A program made the position numbers and the translations under genes. Source: Bdellovibrionales bacterium (GTDB lineage Bacteria; Bdellovibrionota; Bdellovibrionia; Bdellovibrionales; UBA1609). From it: a DNA stretch of 64,000 nt. Where the stretch lies: contig JAWLHR010000003.1 of NCBI GenBank assembly GCA_041690295.1, positions 96,001 through 160,000 on the forward strand, given 5' to 3'. Of the stretch, positions 9,687 to 22,000 are shown in pieces (the stretch's first letter is position 1; every line of letters starts with the position of its first letter). The notes under the pieces are model-generated. The model searched no databases. It worked only from the letters and a program-made list of their open reading frames with translations, and was not told where the DNA came from.

Positions 9687-10133
9687 ATGGGACTGTTGAC
9701 GGCTCTGGGGGTCAATGAGACCCTGATCTATCAATTTGCCATATTCTCAGTGGTCTTTTTTTGCCTCAATTACATCCTCTTTAAGCCTTATTTTAAGGCC
9801 TTCCTTGAGCGCACTGAAGCCACCGTCGGCCAAACTGAATTGGCGGAACGTTACGTGGCGGAAACTCAACAACTGGAAGCTCAATTCGCGGCACGCGCAC
9901 GCGAAGTCAGCGAAAAATTCCGCGAAGTTTACGAAAAGAATCGCAGCGAGGCTTTGAAGGAATACGACCGAATGGTCAATGAGTCGCGTTTGAACGCGAA
10001 AGAGCTCGTGGAAAACGCACGCGCGAAAATTCAAAAAGATATGGAATTGGCTCGTCAACAGCTCGCCAAAGAAGTTCCCGGCGTGGCCAAGCTTATTATT
10101 CACAAAATGATCGGTAAGGATCTCAGCGCATGA
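9687..10133 (+). CDS. atpF: ATP synthase F0 subunit b'
   Basis: Single N-terminal TM then LFKP and coiled coil; first of two b paralogs. Confidence 0.85.
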   Translation: MGLLTALGVNETLIYQFAIFSVVFFCLNYILFKPYFKAFLERTEATVGQTELAERYVAETQQLEAQFAARAREVSEKFREVYEKNRSEALKEYDRMVNESRLNAKELVENARAKIQKDMELARQQLAKEVPGVAKLIIHKMIGKDLSA

Positions 10134-10684
10134 TTTGGTTTATCGTTTCAAATTTCGCTCAGGCTTGGGCTGCGGGCGGCGCGCATGGTGACGCTCACGC
10201 CATTCCGTGGACCACGATAATCGCTCAATCTTTTAATTTTCTCTTCCTTATCGGCGTTCTGGTTTATTTGCTTCGCAAAACGGTTAAGGCTCATTTCGCA
10301 AACCGCGCGAAAGAGTATCACGAGTTGGTGAACCGGGCCGAAACCGCGCGCAAACAGGCCGAAGATGGAAAGCGGGTCATACAAGACCGTTTGGCCGCCT
10401 TGGAAGCTTCCTCGCAAGATGGGTTGGCTCAAGCCCGACGTGAGGCCGAAGAGCTTCGCGCGCGGATGATTGAAGACGCCAAGAATCTGGCGGATCGTCT
10501 GCAATCCGAAGCGGAACGCACGGCTCAAATTGAACTCGAAAAGGCGAAGGCCGAACTTCGGGCGGAACTTCTGCGCCAGGCGCTCAATGTTTCCCGCGAT
10601 AGCTTGCAGACGAAGTTGGAATCGAGTGATCAGAAGCAATTGCAAAAAGAATTCGCCGACAAAATTCAGGTGGTGGGTTCATGA
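10130..10684 (+). CDS. atpF: ATP synthase F0 subunit b
   Basis: QSFNFLFL TM plus coiled coil; precedes delta. Confidence 0.85.
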   Translation: MIWFIVSNFAQAWAAGGAHGDAHAIPWTTIIAQSFNFLFLIGVLVYLLRKTVKAHFANRAKEYHELVNRAETARKQAEDGKRVIQDRLAALEASSQDGLAQARREAEELRARMIEDAKNLADRLQSEAERTAQIELEKAKAELRAELLRQALNVSRDSLQTKLESSDQKQLQKEFADKIQVVGS

Positions 10685-11229
10685 GAAACGCCATTTTAGC
10701 TGAACGCTACGCCCGCGCGCTTTACGGATTGGCCAAAGAAAACGGCGAACATGAAGCCGTTTTTCAACAGATGAGAATTTTCGAAGATGCTTTGAGCCTG
10801 GATCAGGAGATCAATGAGTTCATCACTTCTCCCCTGATTCGTCCGGCGGAAAAAGTGAAAGCCCTGGAGCAGGTTTTGGCCAAATTCCAAATGCTCGACA
10901 CTTTAAAGCGCTTCCTGCTGGTCTTGGTTAAAAAGAACCGTTTGGGAATTTATTCCGAAATCGTGAACGCTTATCAGATGATTTCGGACGAGGAACATGG
11001 GGTGACTCGCGGAGTGGTTCGATCGGCCACGGTTCTGGCGCCCAGCGAGCGCAAGCAAATCGAGGAATTGGTCAGCCGCGCGACCAAAAAACAAGTCATA
11101 TTAACTTATAAAGAAGATCCGACTCTCTTGGGCGGCTTGGTCGCGCAAGTCGGAAGTTTTACATTCGACGATTCCCTCAATTCTCACTTACAACGCATTA
11201 ACGAGCAATTAACTAGGAGTGTCCATTAA
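10681..11229 (+). CDS. atpH: ATP synthase delta subunit
   Basis: [20 protein letters not shown]. Confidence 0.95.
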   Translation: MRNAILAERYARALYGLAKENGEHEAVFQQMRIFEDALSLDQEINEFITSPLIRPAEKVKALEQVLAKFQMLDTLKRFLLVLVKKNRLGIYSEIVNAYQMISDEEHGVTRGVVRSATVLAPSERKQIEELVSRATKKQVILTYKEDPTLLGGLVAQVGSFTFDDSLNSHLQRINEQLTRSVH

Positions 11230-11230
11230 A

Positions 11231-12757
11231 ATGGAAACCACAATTCGCGCCGACGAGATTAGTCGGGTCCTTAAAGAACAGATTAAAAACTACAATAAAG
11301 CCATTGAGGTCAGTGAGACCGGAAGCGTGCTTGCTGTCGGCGATGGTGTGGCCCGTGTGTATGGCATGGAAAAAGCCATGGCCGGCGAGTTGGTTGAGTT
11401 CCCCAACCAAGTGTTTGGAATGGTGCTCAACCTGGAAGCCGACTCGGTGGGTGTGGTTATTTTCGGTGACGACCGCGACATCCGTGAAGGTGATACGGTT
11501 AAACGGACGAAAAAAATCGTGCAGGTTCCGGTTGGTGAAGCGCTTCTCGGCCGCGTGGTCGACGTTTTAGGCCGCCCGATCGATGGCCGGGGCCCCATTG
11601 AATCGAAACATCACCGTATCGTGGAGCTCAAAGCTCCTGGAATTCTTGCTCGTAAATCCGTGCATGAGCCGATGCAGACTGGAATCAAAGCCATCGACTC
11701 CATGATTCCGATTGGCCGTGGACAGCGGGAATTGATCATCGGTGACCGCCAAACCGGAAAAACCGCGATCGCGCTCGACACGATCATTAATCAAAAAGGA
11801 CAGAACGTTCACTGCTTCTACGTGGCCATCGGACAGAAGAAATCCACGGTCGCGCAAGTGGTGGAAAAACTTCGTACGGCCGGCGCGATGGAATACACAA
11901 CCGTTGTCGCCGCGACTTCGTCGGATCCGGCGCCGCTTCAGTATCTTGCGCCCTACTCCGGTTGCGCGATGGCGGAATACTTCCGCGATACCGGGCGCCA
12001 CGCTTTGATCATCTATGACGACTTGACCAAACAAGCTCAGGCTTATCGTCAATTGTCACTTTTGCTCCGCCGCCCGCCCGGCCGCGAAGCTTATCCTGGT
12101 GACGTGTTCTATCTCCACTCCCGTCTGCTCGAGCGCGCCGCGAAGATGAGCGACAAAATGGGTGGTGGTTCATTGACCGCTTTGCCGATCATCGAAACTC
12201 AGGCCGGAGACATTTCCGCTTACATTCCCACCAACGTGATTTCGATCACCGACGGTCAGATCTTCCTCGAAAGCGGATTGTTCCACAAAGGTATCCGCCC
12301 CGCGGTCGATGTGGGTAAGTCGGTGTCCCGGGTGGGTGGTAACGCTCAGATCAAGGCGATGAAACAGGTCGCGGGAACTCTGAAGCTTGAACTCGCCCAG
12401 TTCCGTGAGTTGGAAGCTTTCTCGGCGTTCGCCTCGGATTTGGATAAAGCCACGCAGGCTCAGTTGGCTCGTGGTCGCCGGCTCGTTGAGCTTCTCAAAC
12501 AGCCGCAATACGCGCCCTACCCGGTTGAAGTTCAGGTGGCGGTGATTTGGGCGGCGACGAACGGCTATACCGATTGGATTCCGGAAACCGACGTCCGCCG
12601 TTTCGAAAAAGAATTGGTGGAATTCCTGCAATCGAAACACAATCGCGTGATTTCCACGATTCGGGAAAAGAAGCAGTTGGATGATGAAACCAAACGGGAT
12701 TTGAAACAGGCCCTTGAGGAGTTCAAGGCCATCTTCAGACCCACGGAGAAGAAGTAA
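11231..12757 (+). CDS. atpA: ATP synthase alpha subunit
   Basis: [32 protein letters not shown] (GTG 11219 alternative start). Confidence 0.99.
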   Translation: METTIRADEISRVLKEQIKNYNKAIEVSETGSVLAVGDGVARVYGMEKAMAGELVEFPNQVFGMVLNLEADSVGVVIFGDDRDIREGDTVKRTKKIVQVPVGEALLGRVVDVLGRPIDGRGPIESKHHRIVELKAPGILARKSVHEPMQTGIKAIDSMIPIGRGQRELIIGDRQTGKTAIALDTIINQKGQNVHCFYVAIGQKKSTVAQVVEKLRTAGAMEYTTVVAATSSDPAPLQYLAPYSGCAMAEYFRDTGRHALIIYDDLTKQAQAYRQLSLLLRRPPGREAYPGDVFYLHSRLLERAAKMSDKMGGGSLTALPIIETQAGDISAYIPTNVISITDGQIFLESGLFHKGIRPAVDVGKSVSRVGGNAQIKAMKQVAGTLKLELAQFRELEAFSAFASDLDKATQAQLARGRRLVELLKQPQYAPYPVEVQVAVIWAATNGYTDWIPETDVRRFEKELVEFLQSKHNRVISTIREKKQLDDETKRDLKQALEEFKAIFRPTEKK

Positions 12758-12763
12758 TCGTCC

Positions 12764-13645
12764 ATGGCTAATTTAAAGGACATCCGCAGCCGCATCGCTA
12801 GCGTGAAGAACACCCAGCAGATCACGCGCGCCATGAAAATGGTGTCTGCAGCGAAACTGCGTCGGGCGCAGATCAACATTCAAAATCTGCGTCCGTTCGC
12901 GAACCACATCCTGAGCGTCATCGCCGACGTGGCGTCCACGCAAAGGGTGGAGCATCCGCTGTTGAGCACCAACAGGGAGCCGCGCAAAGTCTTGCTGGTG
13001 GTCTTGACCTCGGACCGGGGATTGGCGGGCGGATTCAACAACAACATCAACCGGTTCGCCTACAAGTTCTATCAGGACAACAAGGATAAATACGAGAAGC
13101 TGGACTTCTTGTTCATCGGACGAAAAGCCGCTGATTTCTTCCGCAGCCGCAGAATTCAAGGCGTCGACACGATTCTCAATCTCGCGCGGGAAGTTTCCTA
13201 TCCGCTGGCCAGTCAGGTGGCCAAGCGCCTGATGGATTCCTTCGTGACGGGCGGCTACGACTCGATTCTGCTTGTTTACAACGAATTCAAGTCGGCCATT
13301 TCGCAGAATGTGGTGAGTGAAACGCTTTTACCCGTGGACCTCAGCAAAGCGCACTCCGAGGGTGAAAGTAAAATGCCGTTCGCGAAGGACCTTATTTTCG
13401 AACCCGAGCCGGCCTTGATCGTTGATGAATTGTTGCAGAGACATTTCTCCGTTCAAGTGTATCGGGCGATGTGCGAAAGCGTCGCGGCCGAACACGGCGC
13501 GCGTATGGCGGCGATGGAAAACGCCACCAAGAATGCCGGAGAAATGATCCGGACGATGACTTTGACTTACAATAAATTGCGACAAGCTTCGATTACCACT
13601 GAGTTGATTGAGATCACCAGCGGTGCGGAAGCCTTGAAAGGTTAA
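12764..13645 (+). CDS. atpG: ATP synthase gamma subunit
   Basis: QITRAMKMV, ARMAAM.NAT.NA, RQASITTEL. Confidence 0.99.
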   Translation: MANLKDIRSRIASVKNTQQITRAMKMVSAAKLRRAQINIQNLRPFANHILSVIADVASTQRVEHPLLSTNREPRKVLLVVLTSDRGLAGGFNNNINRFAYKFYQDNKDKYEKLDFLFIGRKAADFFRSRRIQGVDTILNLAREVSYPLASQVAKRLMDSFVTGGYDSILLVYNEFKSAISQNVVSETLLPVDLSKAHSEGESKMPFAKDLIFEPEPALIVDELLQRHFSVQVYRAMCESVAAEHGARMAAMENATKNAGEMIRTMTLTYNKLRQASITTELIEITSGAEALKG

Positions 13646-13649
13646 TTGA

Positions 13650-15065
<1,416 letters not shown>

Positions 15066-15075
15066 GGGGTAGAGC

Positions 15076-15492
15076 GTGTTTGTTTTAAACCTGGTCACAC
15101 CCGAAAAGCGCTTGGTCACGGATGTGGAAGTGGAAGAAGTCATCGTGCCGGGATTTCGTGGTGAGCTGGATATTTTGCCCGGTCACGCACCGCTGATGAC
15201 CACGCTCTCCACCGGGATTTTGCGCTATCGTTTAAAAGGGGCCACGCAGTTTGAACCGGTCGTTGTGAGTTGGGGCTACTGCGAGGTTCACGCCGGTGGC
15301 GTGGTGATTCTGGCGGAGACCGCGGAATCCGTCGCCGAGATCGATCGGCAGCGCGCGGAAGAGGCGCTCAAAAAAGCCCAGGCGAAATTGATGGATCCTT
15401 TCCTTGAGCCCAACCAGATCGAAGGTTTGCAACGCAAAGTTCAGCGGGCGCAAACTCGATTGGCGGCGCTTGGAATCAATCAAACGCACTAA
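15076..15492 (+). CDS. atpC: ATP synthase epsilon subunit
   Basis: LVTPE, ILPGHAP. Confidence 0.96.
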   Translation: MFVLNLVTPEKRLVTDVEVEEVIVPGFRGELDILPGHAPLMTTLSTGILRYRLKGATQFEPVVVSWGYCEVHAGGVVILAETAESVAEIDRQRAEEALKKAQAKLMDPFLEPNQIEGLQRKVQRAQTRLAALGINQTH

Positions 15493-17159
15493 TCGCTGTT
15501 TTCAATTTCACTGAAATCATTTTCACCGACATCCGGGGATGAAGAGTCCCCGGCTTCGGCTGGAGTTCGCGTTTCGACGGGTTCAAGCCGTGACGGATTC
15601 ATCAGTTCTTCGGCGATCCAACCGCCGCTTTCAGGACTGTGGCCACCGAAATTAAGTACGGTCATAAAAGTTTCTTGATCCTCGACTTCGCCGGAGTGAT
15701 TGCAATTCACGACAATCAGTTTTTCCCGCAACTGGGGCGTGAGTTGCCGAAGCTTTCGTGCGGTGACGGAGCCGGACGCATAGTAAATCGCCAGTTTGAC
15801 CTCGGGGCGGGCGAGTCGATCGCTCAAAAGGTTCAATGAATGCGAGTTCAAATGATAAAAGCGCGCGCGCCCCTGGTAGTTTTCGCGAAAATGACGGTAA
15901 AAACCGCGGCTGGCGCTGAATACGGGAATCATAAGCTTAGGATCGTATTCCGGCCAATCTCTGAGGCGGTTTTCGATCGCCACTTTAAAGGCTTTCCGCA
16001 TCACCTGGCGTGACATGTCCTCCAGCTTGCGAACCGCGGTCATGGCTTTTTTCATATCGGTTTGCGCCGCCGGTTGTGGCAAAGCTTCCTTGGCCTTGAG
16101 AATTCTTAGAACGCTTTCGTTCAAACGTTCCATGGAAATCCGCCCTTGGTTGACGGCGTTCACCATCGCGTGAAAGGCCCGTCTTTGATGGGCGGGAGTT
16201 CCGGCGAGCATCAACAAGTCGTTCCCGGCGAGGAAAGCGCGAATCGTGCGTTCGCCGATATCGGGATGAATCGCCGCGCCTTTCATTTCCAAATCGTCGG
16301 TCAACACCAGACCTTTAAAGCCCATTTTCTCCCGCAGATGCTCTTGGATGAGAAAAGGCGAATAGGTGGTGGGCAGCCCGCTCTTATCGACATTGGGAAG
16401 AGCCAAGTGCGCGGTCATGAAAAGACTATTGATTCCCTGATCAATGAACTCTTGAAAAGGAACCAAGTCCCTACTCTCCAACTCTTCGAGCGTGGACATT
16501 TTCTTGGGCGTGACCCGGTGACTGTCCTGCACGGTCCCGCCGTGACCTGGAAAATGTTTGGCGGTGGGAATGACTCCGGCGTCGTTCATCCCTCGCGCAT
16601 AGGCGATGGTGAGATTGGACACGTTTTCCGGATCAGCGCCGAACGTGCGATTTCCGATGAAGGAGTCTTTTTTGGGATTGGAAATATCCAGAACCGGAGC
16701 GAGATTCACATTTACTCCCAATGCCATTAGCAAATCACCTTTGGTTTTGGCGAAATCTTTTATGAACTCGGGATCGTCGACTCGACTGAGCGCGAGGGCG
16801 CTGGGTATGGGTGTGTTGATTCGAACACGGGTCACAACCCCGCCTTCCTGGTCGATCATGATGAACAGCGGGGCTTTCATTTTTTTGGCCGCCAAAGATT
16901 GCAGATTGGAGGTCAAACGGGCGAGCTGGCGGGTGTTACGGATGTTTCGCCTGAAAATGATGATCGATCCGGGTTTGTAACGGCTCACCAGGTTATGGAT
17001 ACGCGAGTCTAACTGGGTGCCGATGAGACTCCACACCATGACTTGCCCGACTTTTTCCTCGGTGGACATGCTTTCCAGGATTTCATTTGCGGTTTGGGAA
17101 TGAATGTTTGGACTAAAGACGAGGAGAATCACCGCCGCGACAAAGGAGGAGATTTTCAC
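15489..17159 (-). CDS. nagZ: Exported GH3 beta-N-acetylhexosaminidase (NagZ-like)
   Basis: DQEGG, KHFPGHG, DSH, TDDLEM; signal peptide from GTG 17159 (ORF open to 17213). Confidence 0.88.
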   Translation of the reverse strand: MKISSFVAAVILLVFSPNIHSQTANEILESMSTEEKVGQVMVWSLIGTQLDSRIHNLVSRYKPGSIIIFRRNIRNTRQLARLTSNLQSLAAKKMKAPLFIMIDQEGGVVTRVRINTPIPSALALSRVDDPEFIKDFAKTKGDLLMALGVNVNLAPVLDISNPKKDSFIGNRTFGADPENVSNLTIAYARGMNDAGVIPTAKHFPGHGGTVQDSHRVTPKKMSTLEELESRDLVPFQEFIDQGINSLFMTAHLALPNVDKSGLPTTYSPFLIQEHLREKMGFKGLVLTDDLEMKGAAIHPDIGERTIRAFLAGNDLLMLAGTPAHQRRAFHAMVNAVNQGRISMERLNESVLRILKAKEALPQPAAQTDMKKAMTAVRKLEDMSRQVMRKAFKVAIENRLRDWPEYDPKLMIPVFSASRGFYRHFRENYQGRARFYHLNSHSLNLLSDRLARPEVKLAIYYASGSVTARKLRQLTPQLREKLIVVNCNHSGEVEDQETFMTVLNFGGHSPESGGWIAEELMNPSRLEPVETRTPAEAGDSSSPDVGENDFSEIENSD

Positions 17160-17201
17160 GCAGATCTCTCCCAGTCGACGGCAATTGGTTATACTTGAGC
17201 C

Positions 17202-17975
17202 ATGCCCATGCATTGGCTATATCTCCTCATCTTCGTTTTCGGCATAATATGGAGTGGACTCACCTATGCGGAGGGCGAGGACGTTGAAGAATCCGCGCAA
17301 AAACGGGGTATGGTTTTGGTCGAGCCACTTGGCGTGGCCACATCAACGACCGATGGCCAATACCGTCTGCTTCCCTATCGTGAGCGAAGGAACAAATGGG
17401 GTTACAACTTCAGTCTGGGCTACAGCACGTACGAACCGTTGAATTACGAGCCGGACGTCGCCGCTGAAGATTTCTCAACCATCTACGGATATTCCGATCT
17501 GCCGCTGATCGAACTGCAGTTCGTGGTCAAACGTAACTTTCCTTTCGGAAGCGTGGGCCTTTCCGTCGGCGTGGGTATTTACGAAAATCAATCCGGAAAC
17601 GTGGACTTCGGTGAATCGACTCTACAGTTGATTCCCGTCAAAGTGGGAGCGGTCCTTTCCCTCGAAACCTTGATGAAGAACCCCTACGTCGTACCATATG
17701 TCGGCGGCGGCGTTTACACGATGATCTTCGATGAATCACTGGGTGGAAATTCACACAATGGTAACACCGAAGCGGCGCCTTATTATCATGGCGGGCTGGC
17801 GTTTCTGCTGGAGTGGATCGATCCGGCCGGAGCGATGATCGCCTATCGGGATTCGGGAATCATCGCGTCCTACGCCTTTGTTGAAATGCAGAAGTACATG
17901 CCGGCGCAGGCGAAAGCCGACGGCGATTTCAGTAACGACATCAGTTACGCCGGCGGCCTCCGAGTCGAATTTTAA
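17202..17975 (+). CDS. Hypothetical outer-membrane beta-barrel protein
   Basis: Signal peptide, amphipathic strands (PYVGGG), C-terminal GLRVEF beta-signal. Confidence 0.7.
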   Translation: MPMHWLYLLIFVFGIIWSGLTYAEGEDVEESAQKRGMVLVEPLGVATSTTDGQYRLLPYRERRNKWGYNFSLGYSTYEPLNYEPDVAAEDFSTIYGYSDLPLIELQFVVKRNFPFGSVGLSVGVGIYENQSGNVDFGESTLQLIPVKVGAVLSLETLMKNPYVVPYVGGGVYTMIFDESLGGNSHNGNTEAAPYYHGGLAFLLEWIDPAGAMIAYRDSGIIASYAFVEMQKYMPAQAKADGDFSNDISYAGGLRVEF

Positions 17976-19075
17976 ATGGAACTCAGCAGCCGTCGCACCT
18001 GTTCGGATGTATTAAAGAGATGAAGTGAAATCCGCAAAGCGCCTTCTCGCACGGAAACGTCAATATTGTTCTTCGTGAGCCGCGACCTCAGTTCCAGCGC
18101 ATTGAGGTGTCGTATGCAGACGATTTGTGAGTGAAACTCGTCGGTGGACACGGGCGGGTAATCTTTGGGAAGTTCGCGCCGGAGTTGATCCGCCAATTTC
18201 AAATTGTGATCTTCAATCTTATCCAGTCCGACTTCGCCTAGTAAGTCGAGCGCTCCCGCCCATGCCGCAGCGATCAAAAAACTTGCCGTTTGGCCACGGT
18301 CGAATTTTCTAGCGCCGGGAAGCGATTCGGTCGTGTACTTTAAAAGATTCTCGCTCGTCTGCCCGTTGGGACTTTGTAGCCATGAGGCATGGGTCCGGCG
18401 GATTTTCTCCAGCGCGCGTTTTGAAAAATAACCGAAGGCGCAGCCATAAGGACCAAGCAACCATTTGTAACCGACGCCGGTGATGACGTCGCAGTTCCTG
18501 ATGTGCTCGGCCTTTATCGCCAATCCGCCGAAGGATTGTGAAACGTCGGTTAGAAATAAAACCGCGTCGAATTTTTCTTTTAATAGCCGGCCGATGTTTT
18601 CGACGGGAAGTTTAATACCGGTGTTGAACATGACATGCGAGCAGCCAACGAGGCGCGTTCGCCCGGTGATATGCTTTTTCAGGCCGTTAACGGAAAGAAA
18701 GTCAGAAAGGGGAGCGAAGCGGATTTGAAAACCATTTCGTTCCGCGCGGACCATCCACGGCAGAACCATCGAGGGATAGTCACCTTCGAGAAGCAAAACC
18801 TCATCGCCCTCCCGTAATTCCAAACCATCAGCCACGTGACTAACGACTTCGGAAACGGAAGTGTTAATGGAAATGGAATCCATGGTCGTGCCAAGCAGCC
18901 GGGCCAATCGCTCGCGAAGCTGGTCGGGAATCGGGCGCCATTCGTCATAAAGATAAAACGCCGGATCCAGGCCGCGCGCGAGCACCGCTTCCACGTTCTT
19001 TTTCGCCCTTAACGGCATTGGACCCAGATAGGCTGAATTCAGGTAAATGGATTTTAAATCGAATTCTTTCGTCAT
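17972..19075 (-). CDS. Class V PLP-dependent aminotransferase
   Basis: YLNSAYLGP, DVSQS, GYKWLLGP.G, LRIS.HLFN; GGGAG before ATG 19075. Confidence 0.9.
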   Translation of the reverse strand: MTKEFDLKSIYLNSAYLGPMPLRAKKNVEAVLARGLDPAFYLYDEWRPIPDQLRERLARLLGTTMDSISINTSVSEVVSHVADGLELREGDEVLLLEGDYPSMVLPWMVRAERNGFQIRFAPLSDFLSVNGLKKHITGRTRLVGCSHVMFNTGIKLPVENIGRLLKEKFDAVLFLTDVSQSFGGLAIKAEHIRNCDVITGVGYKWLLGPYGCAFGYFSKRALEKIRRTHASWLQSPNGQTSENLLKYTTESLPGARKFDRGQTASFLIAAAWAGALDLLGEVGLDKIEDHNLKLADQLRRELPKDYPPVSTDEFHSQIVCIRHLNALELRSRLTKNNIDVSVREGALRISLHLFNTSEQVRRLLSSI

Positions 19076-19089
19076 ATGGAACTCCCCCG

Positions 19090-22000
19090 TCAAATTAGAC
19101 TGGCTAAATAACTGAGTTCATCGTGAATGCGTGGCCAATTGATTTCATTGATCCGGATCCGCAGGCGGTTATCCGGCGTGATGGAATACTTTTTATTCGA
19201 GCGTGAGGCGAGTTCGATCACCCGCTCGGGTGATAGACGTGTCTTTTCGGTAAACGCCAACGTGATGGTCGACTCGCCGCTGGACAAGTCCCTGACACTT
19301 AAGTCCTTGCAGATCTTGCGAATTAGCATCAAGCCCATGAGATTGATGACCGGTTCGGGCGGTTTGCCGAACTGATCGCGCAGTTCATCTTCGATGCGAT
19401 CAATATCCTCGGGGCTTTCGATTTCAGATAGAGATTTGTAATAGGCCAAGCGGATACGGAGATCGCCGATGTAGGAATCGGGAATGAGGGCCGGGATGCG
19501 CACGTTGATTTCCGGTTCCACGTCCGAGTCCACCGGCGCTTCACCTTTAGCGTTGCGTACAGCTTCTTCAAGAAGTTCGAGATAGAGTTCGTAGCCGACG
19601 GCGTTGACGTGTCCGGCTTGCTCCTCGCCCAAGATGTCGCCCGCGCCGCGAAGTTCCAGGTCGTACTGGGCGATGCGGATTCCCGAACCCAGTGCGGTGT
19701 TCTCTTGAATGATGCGCAAACGTTCTTGAGCGTCCTTATCCAGTTTACGATGATTGGGCACGAGCAGATAACAATAAGCGCGCTCTTTACTGCGACCCAC
19801 CCGACCCCGGAGTTGATAAAGCTGCGACAGTCCGAGTTGTTGGGCGTTGTCGATGAACATGGTGTTGGCCGCGGGCACATCCATTCCCGATTCCACGATC
19901 GTGGTGCAGACAAGCATGTCGATTTCGTGATGAAAGAATTCGACCATGGCTTTTTCCAATTCGCCTTCTTCCATTTGCCCATGGGCCACGCGAAAGCGCA
20001 CTTCAGGAACGATTTCCCGCAATTGATCCGCCAGGTGATAAATGCTTTGCACCCGGTTATGTATGAAATATACCTGCCCGCCCCGGGCCACTTCGCTCAT
20101 GATGGCCTTGCGGATGGTTTCTCCGTCGAATTTGATCACGAAAGTTCGTGTGGCCAATCGATCCACCGGCGCGGTGTTGATCAAGCTCAAATCACGAACG
20201 CCGACGAGGCTCATGTTCAACGTGCGTGGGATCGGTGTCGCGGACATCGCCAAAGTGTCGAGACCGGCGCGCATTTTTCTTAGTTTTTCCTTATGTTTGA
20301 CCCCGAAGCGCTGTTCTTCATCGATGATCAATAGGCCGAGGTCTTTGAATTGAACATCCTGACTGAGCAACCGGTGGGTGCCGATCACGATGTTCACCTT
20401 TCCTTCGCGTAAATCGCGCAAGGTCGCGCGCACTTCATTGGGCGGCACGAAGCGATTGAGTGAGCGAATGTCGAATCCCCAGGGGGCGAAACGTTTTTTA
20501 AAAGTTTCCAAATGTTGAAAAGTTAAAACCGTGGTCGGAGCGATAATAGCTACCTGGCGGCCGTTGCTGGCCATATGAAAAGCCGCGCGCATGGCCACTT
20601 CGGTTTTTCCAAAACCGACATCTCCGCAGATCAAGCGGTCCATCGGATGCGGCTTGGAGAGGTCCGCGATCACGTCATTGATCGCGCGCGACTGATCGAC
20701 CGTTTCCGTATAGGGAAATTGCGCTTCAAAACTGGCGAAATCCGCGTTGGGCTCCGGTAGTGGCGGCCGTTCGGCCACGCTTCGTTGCGCGTAAAGCTGC
20801 AGGAGTTCCGCGGCGATGTCGCGGAGATGCGATCGCACCTTTGTTTTGGTTTTTTCCCATCCAGGACCGCCCAGCTTGTCGATCAAGGCGCTTGACGACG
20901 GACCGGAATATTTTTGAATCTGGTGAACCCGGTAAACCGGAAGGTAAAGGCGGTCATTCCCTTTGTACTTCAGCTGGATGAATTCGCCATCAACACCCTG
21001 AATGGGCATGACCTTGAGACCTTCAAAGACGCCGATGCCGTGAAGTTTGTGGACAATCAAGTCGCCGGTTTTCAGATCGCCGAAATTAAAGGCGTGCGCT
21101 CTTTGCTCCAGAGTGCCGGTGGATTTGTATTCGGGTCGCGGCCGCTTATGGCCGAAAAGATCCTCTTCGCGCAGAAGAATGAAGTGTTCGTCGCCGTAGC
21201 GAAGACTCTCACCCAAGGGTCTTGTCACGATGTGAACCAGCCGACGGTCTTCGCGTTGAGCCTGGATCCACTCGTCCCACTGATAGCCGTCGGTCACGAC
21301 CGCGTTCAGTTCTGATTTTTCCAGCAGAAGTTTGATCCGTTGGGCCTGGGCTTGCGTGCTTACGGCGATAAAAACAGATTGCCCGATGTTTCTCCACTCG
21401 TTGAACTTCTTGTTTAAAAAATTCGTGAGCTGAGTGGCTCGGCCGATCAGAGATTTGGCTTGGCTGGCGAACTCGCGTAAGTCCGATGTGGAAAGCGGCA
21501 GAAGGGCCACGCCCTCGTCATGGGTTTTATGGTCTTCGCCGATCCGAACTTTGCTTAAAGAGATCGTCTGGGAGTCGGGCGGAAATTCGAGATTCTCGGG
21601 CGCCGAATAAATTTCGCCAAAGAGGGGGCGCACGATTTGCGCGACGGAAACTTCAAATTCCCTCTTGGTTTCCGCGACGAATTCATCATAAGCACGGGTG
21701 AGTTCGAACGGATCCAGTTTCCACACATTCAGTGGAGTGTTGAAGTGATCCGTCGGAAGCGCCGGAAGATCGTAGAAGTAGCTGCCGAGAAATTCGATCC
21801 CATGAAAGTGCTGGCCCTGCGCCAACTGGTGGAGGACGGCCTGGGCTTCTTCGCGATCCACCGCGCGGCCTTCGAAAGATTCTTTTAAACGAATCGCCGC
21901 TTTTTGCCTGGATTCGTCATCAAACAGCACCTCTTGGGCCGGAATAATGGTGAATTCCTCAATCTGATCCAGCCGGCGCTGACTGTCCTCATCGAACGTG

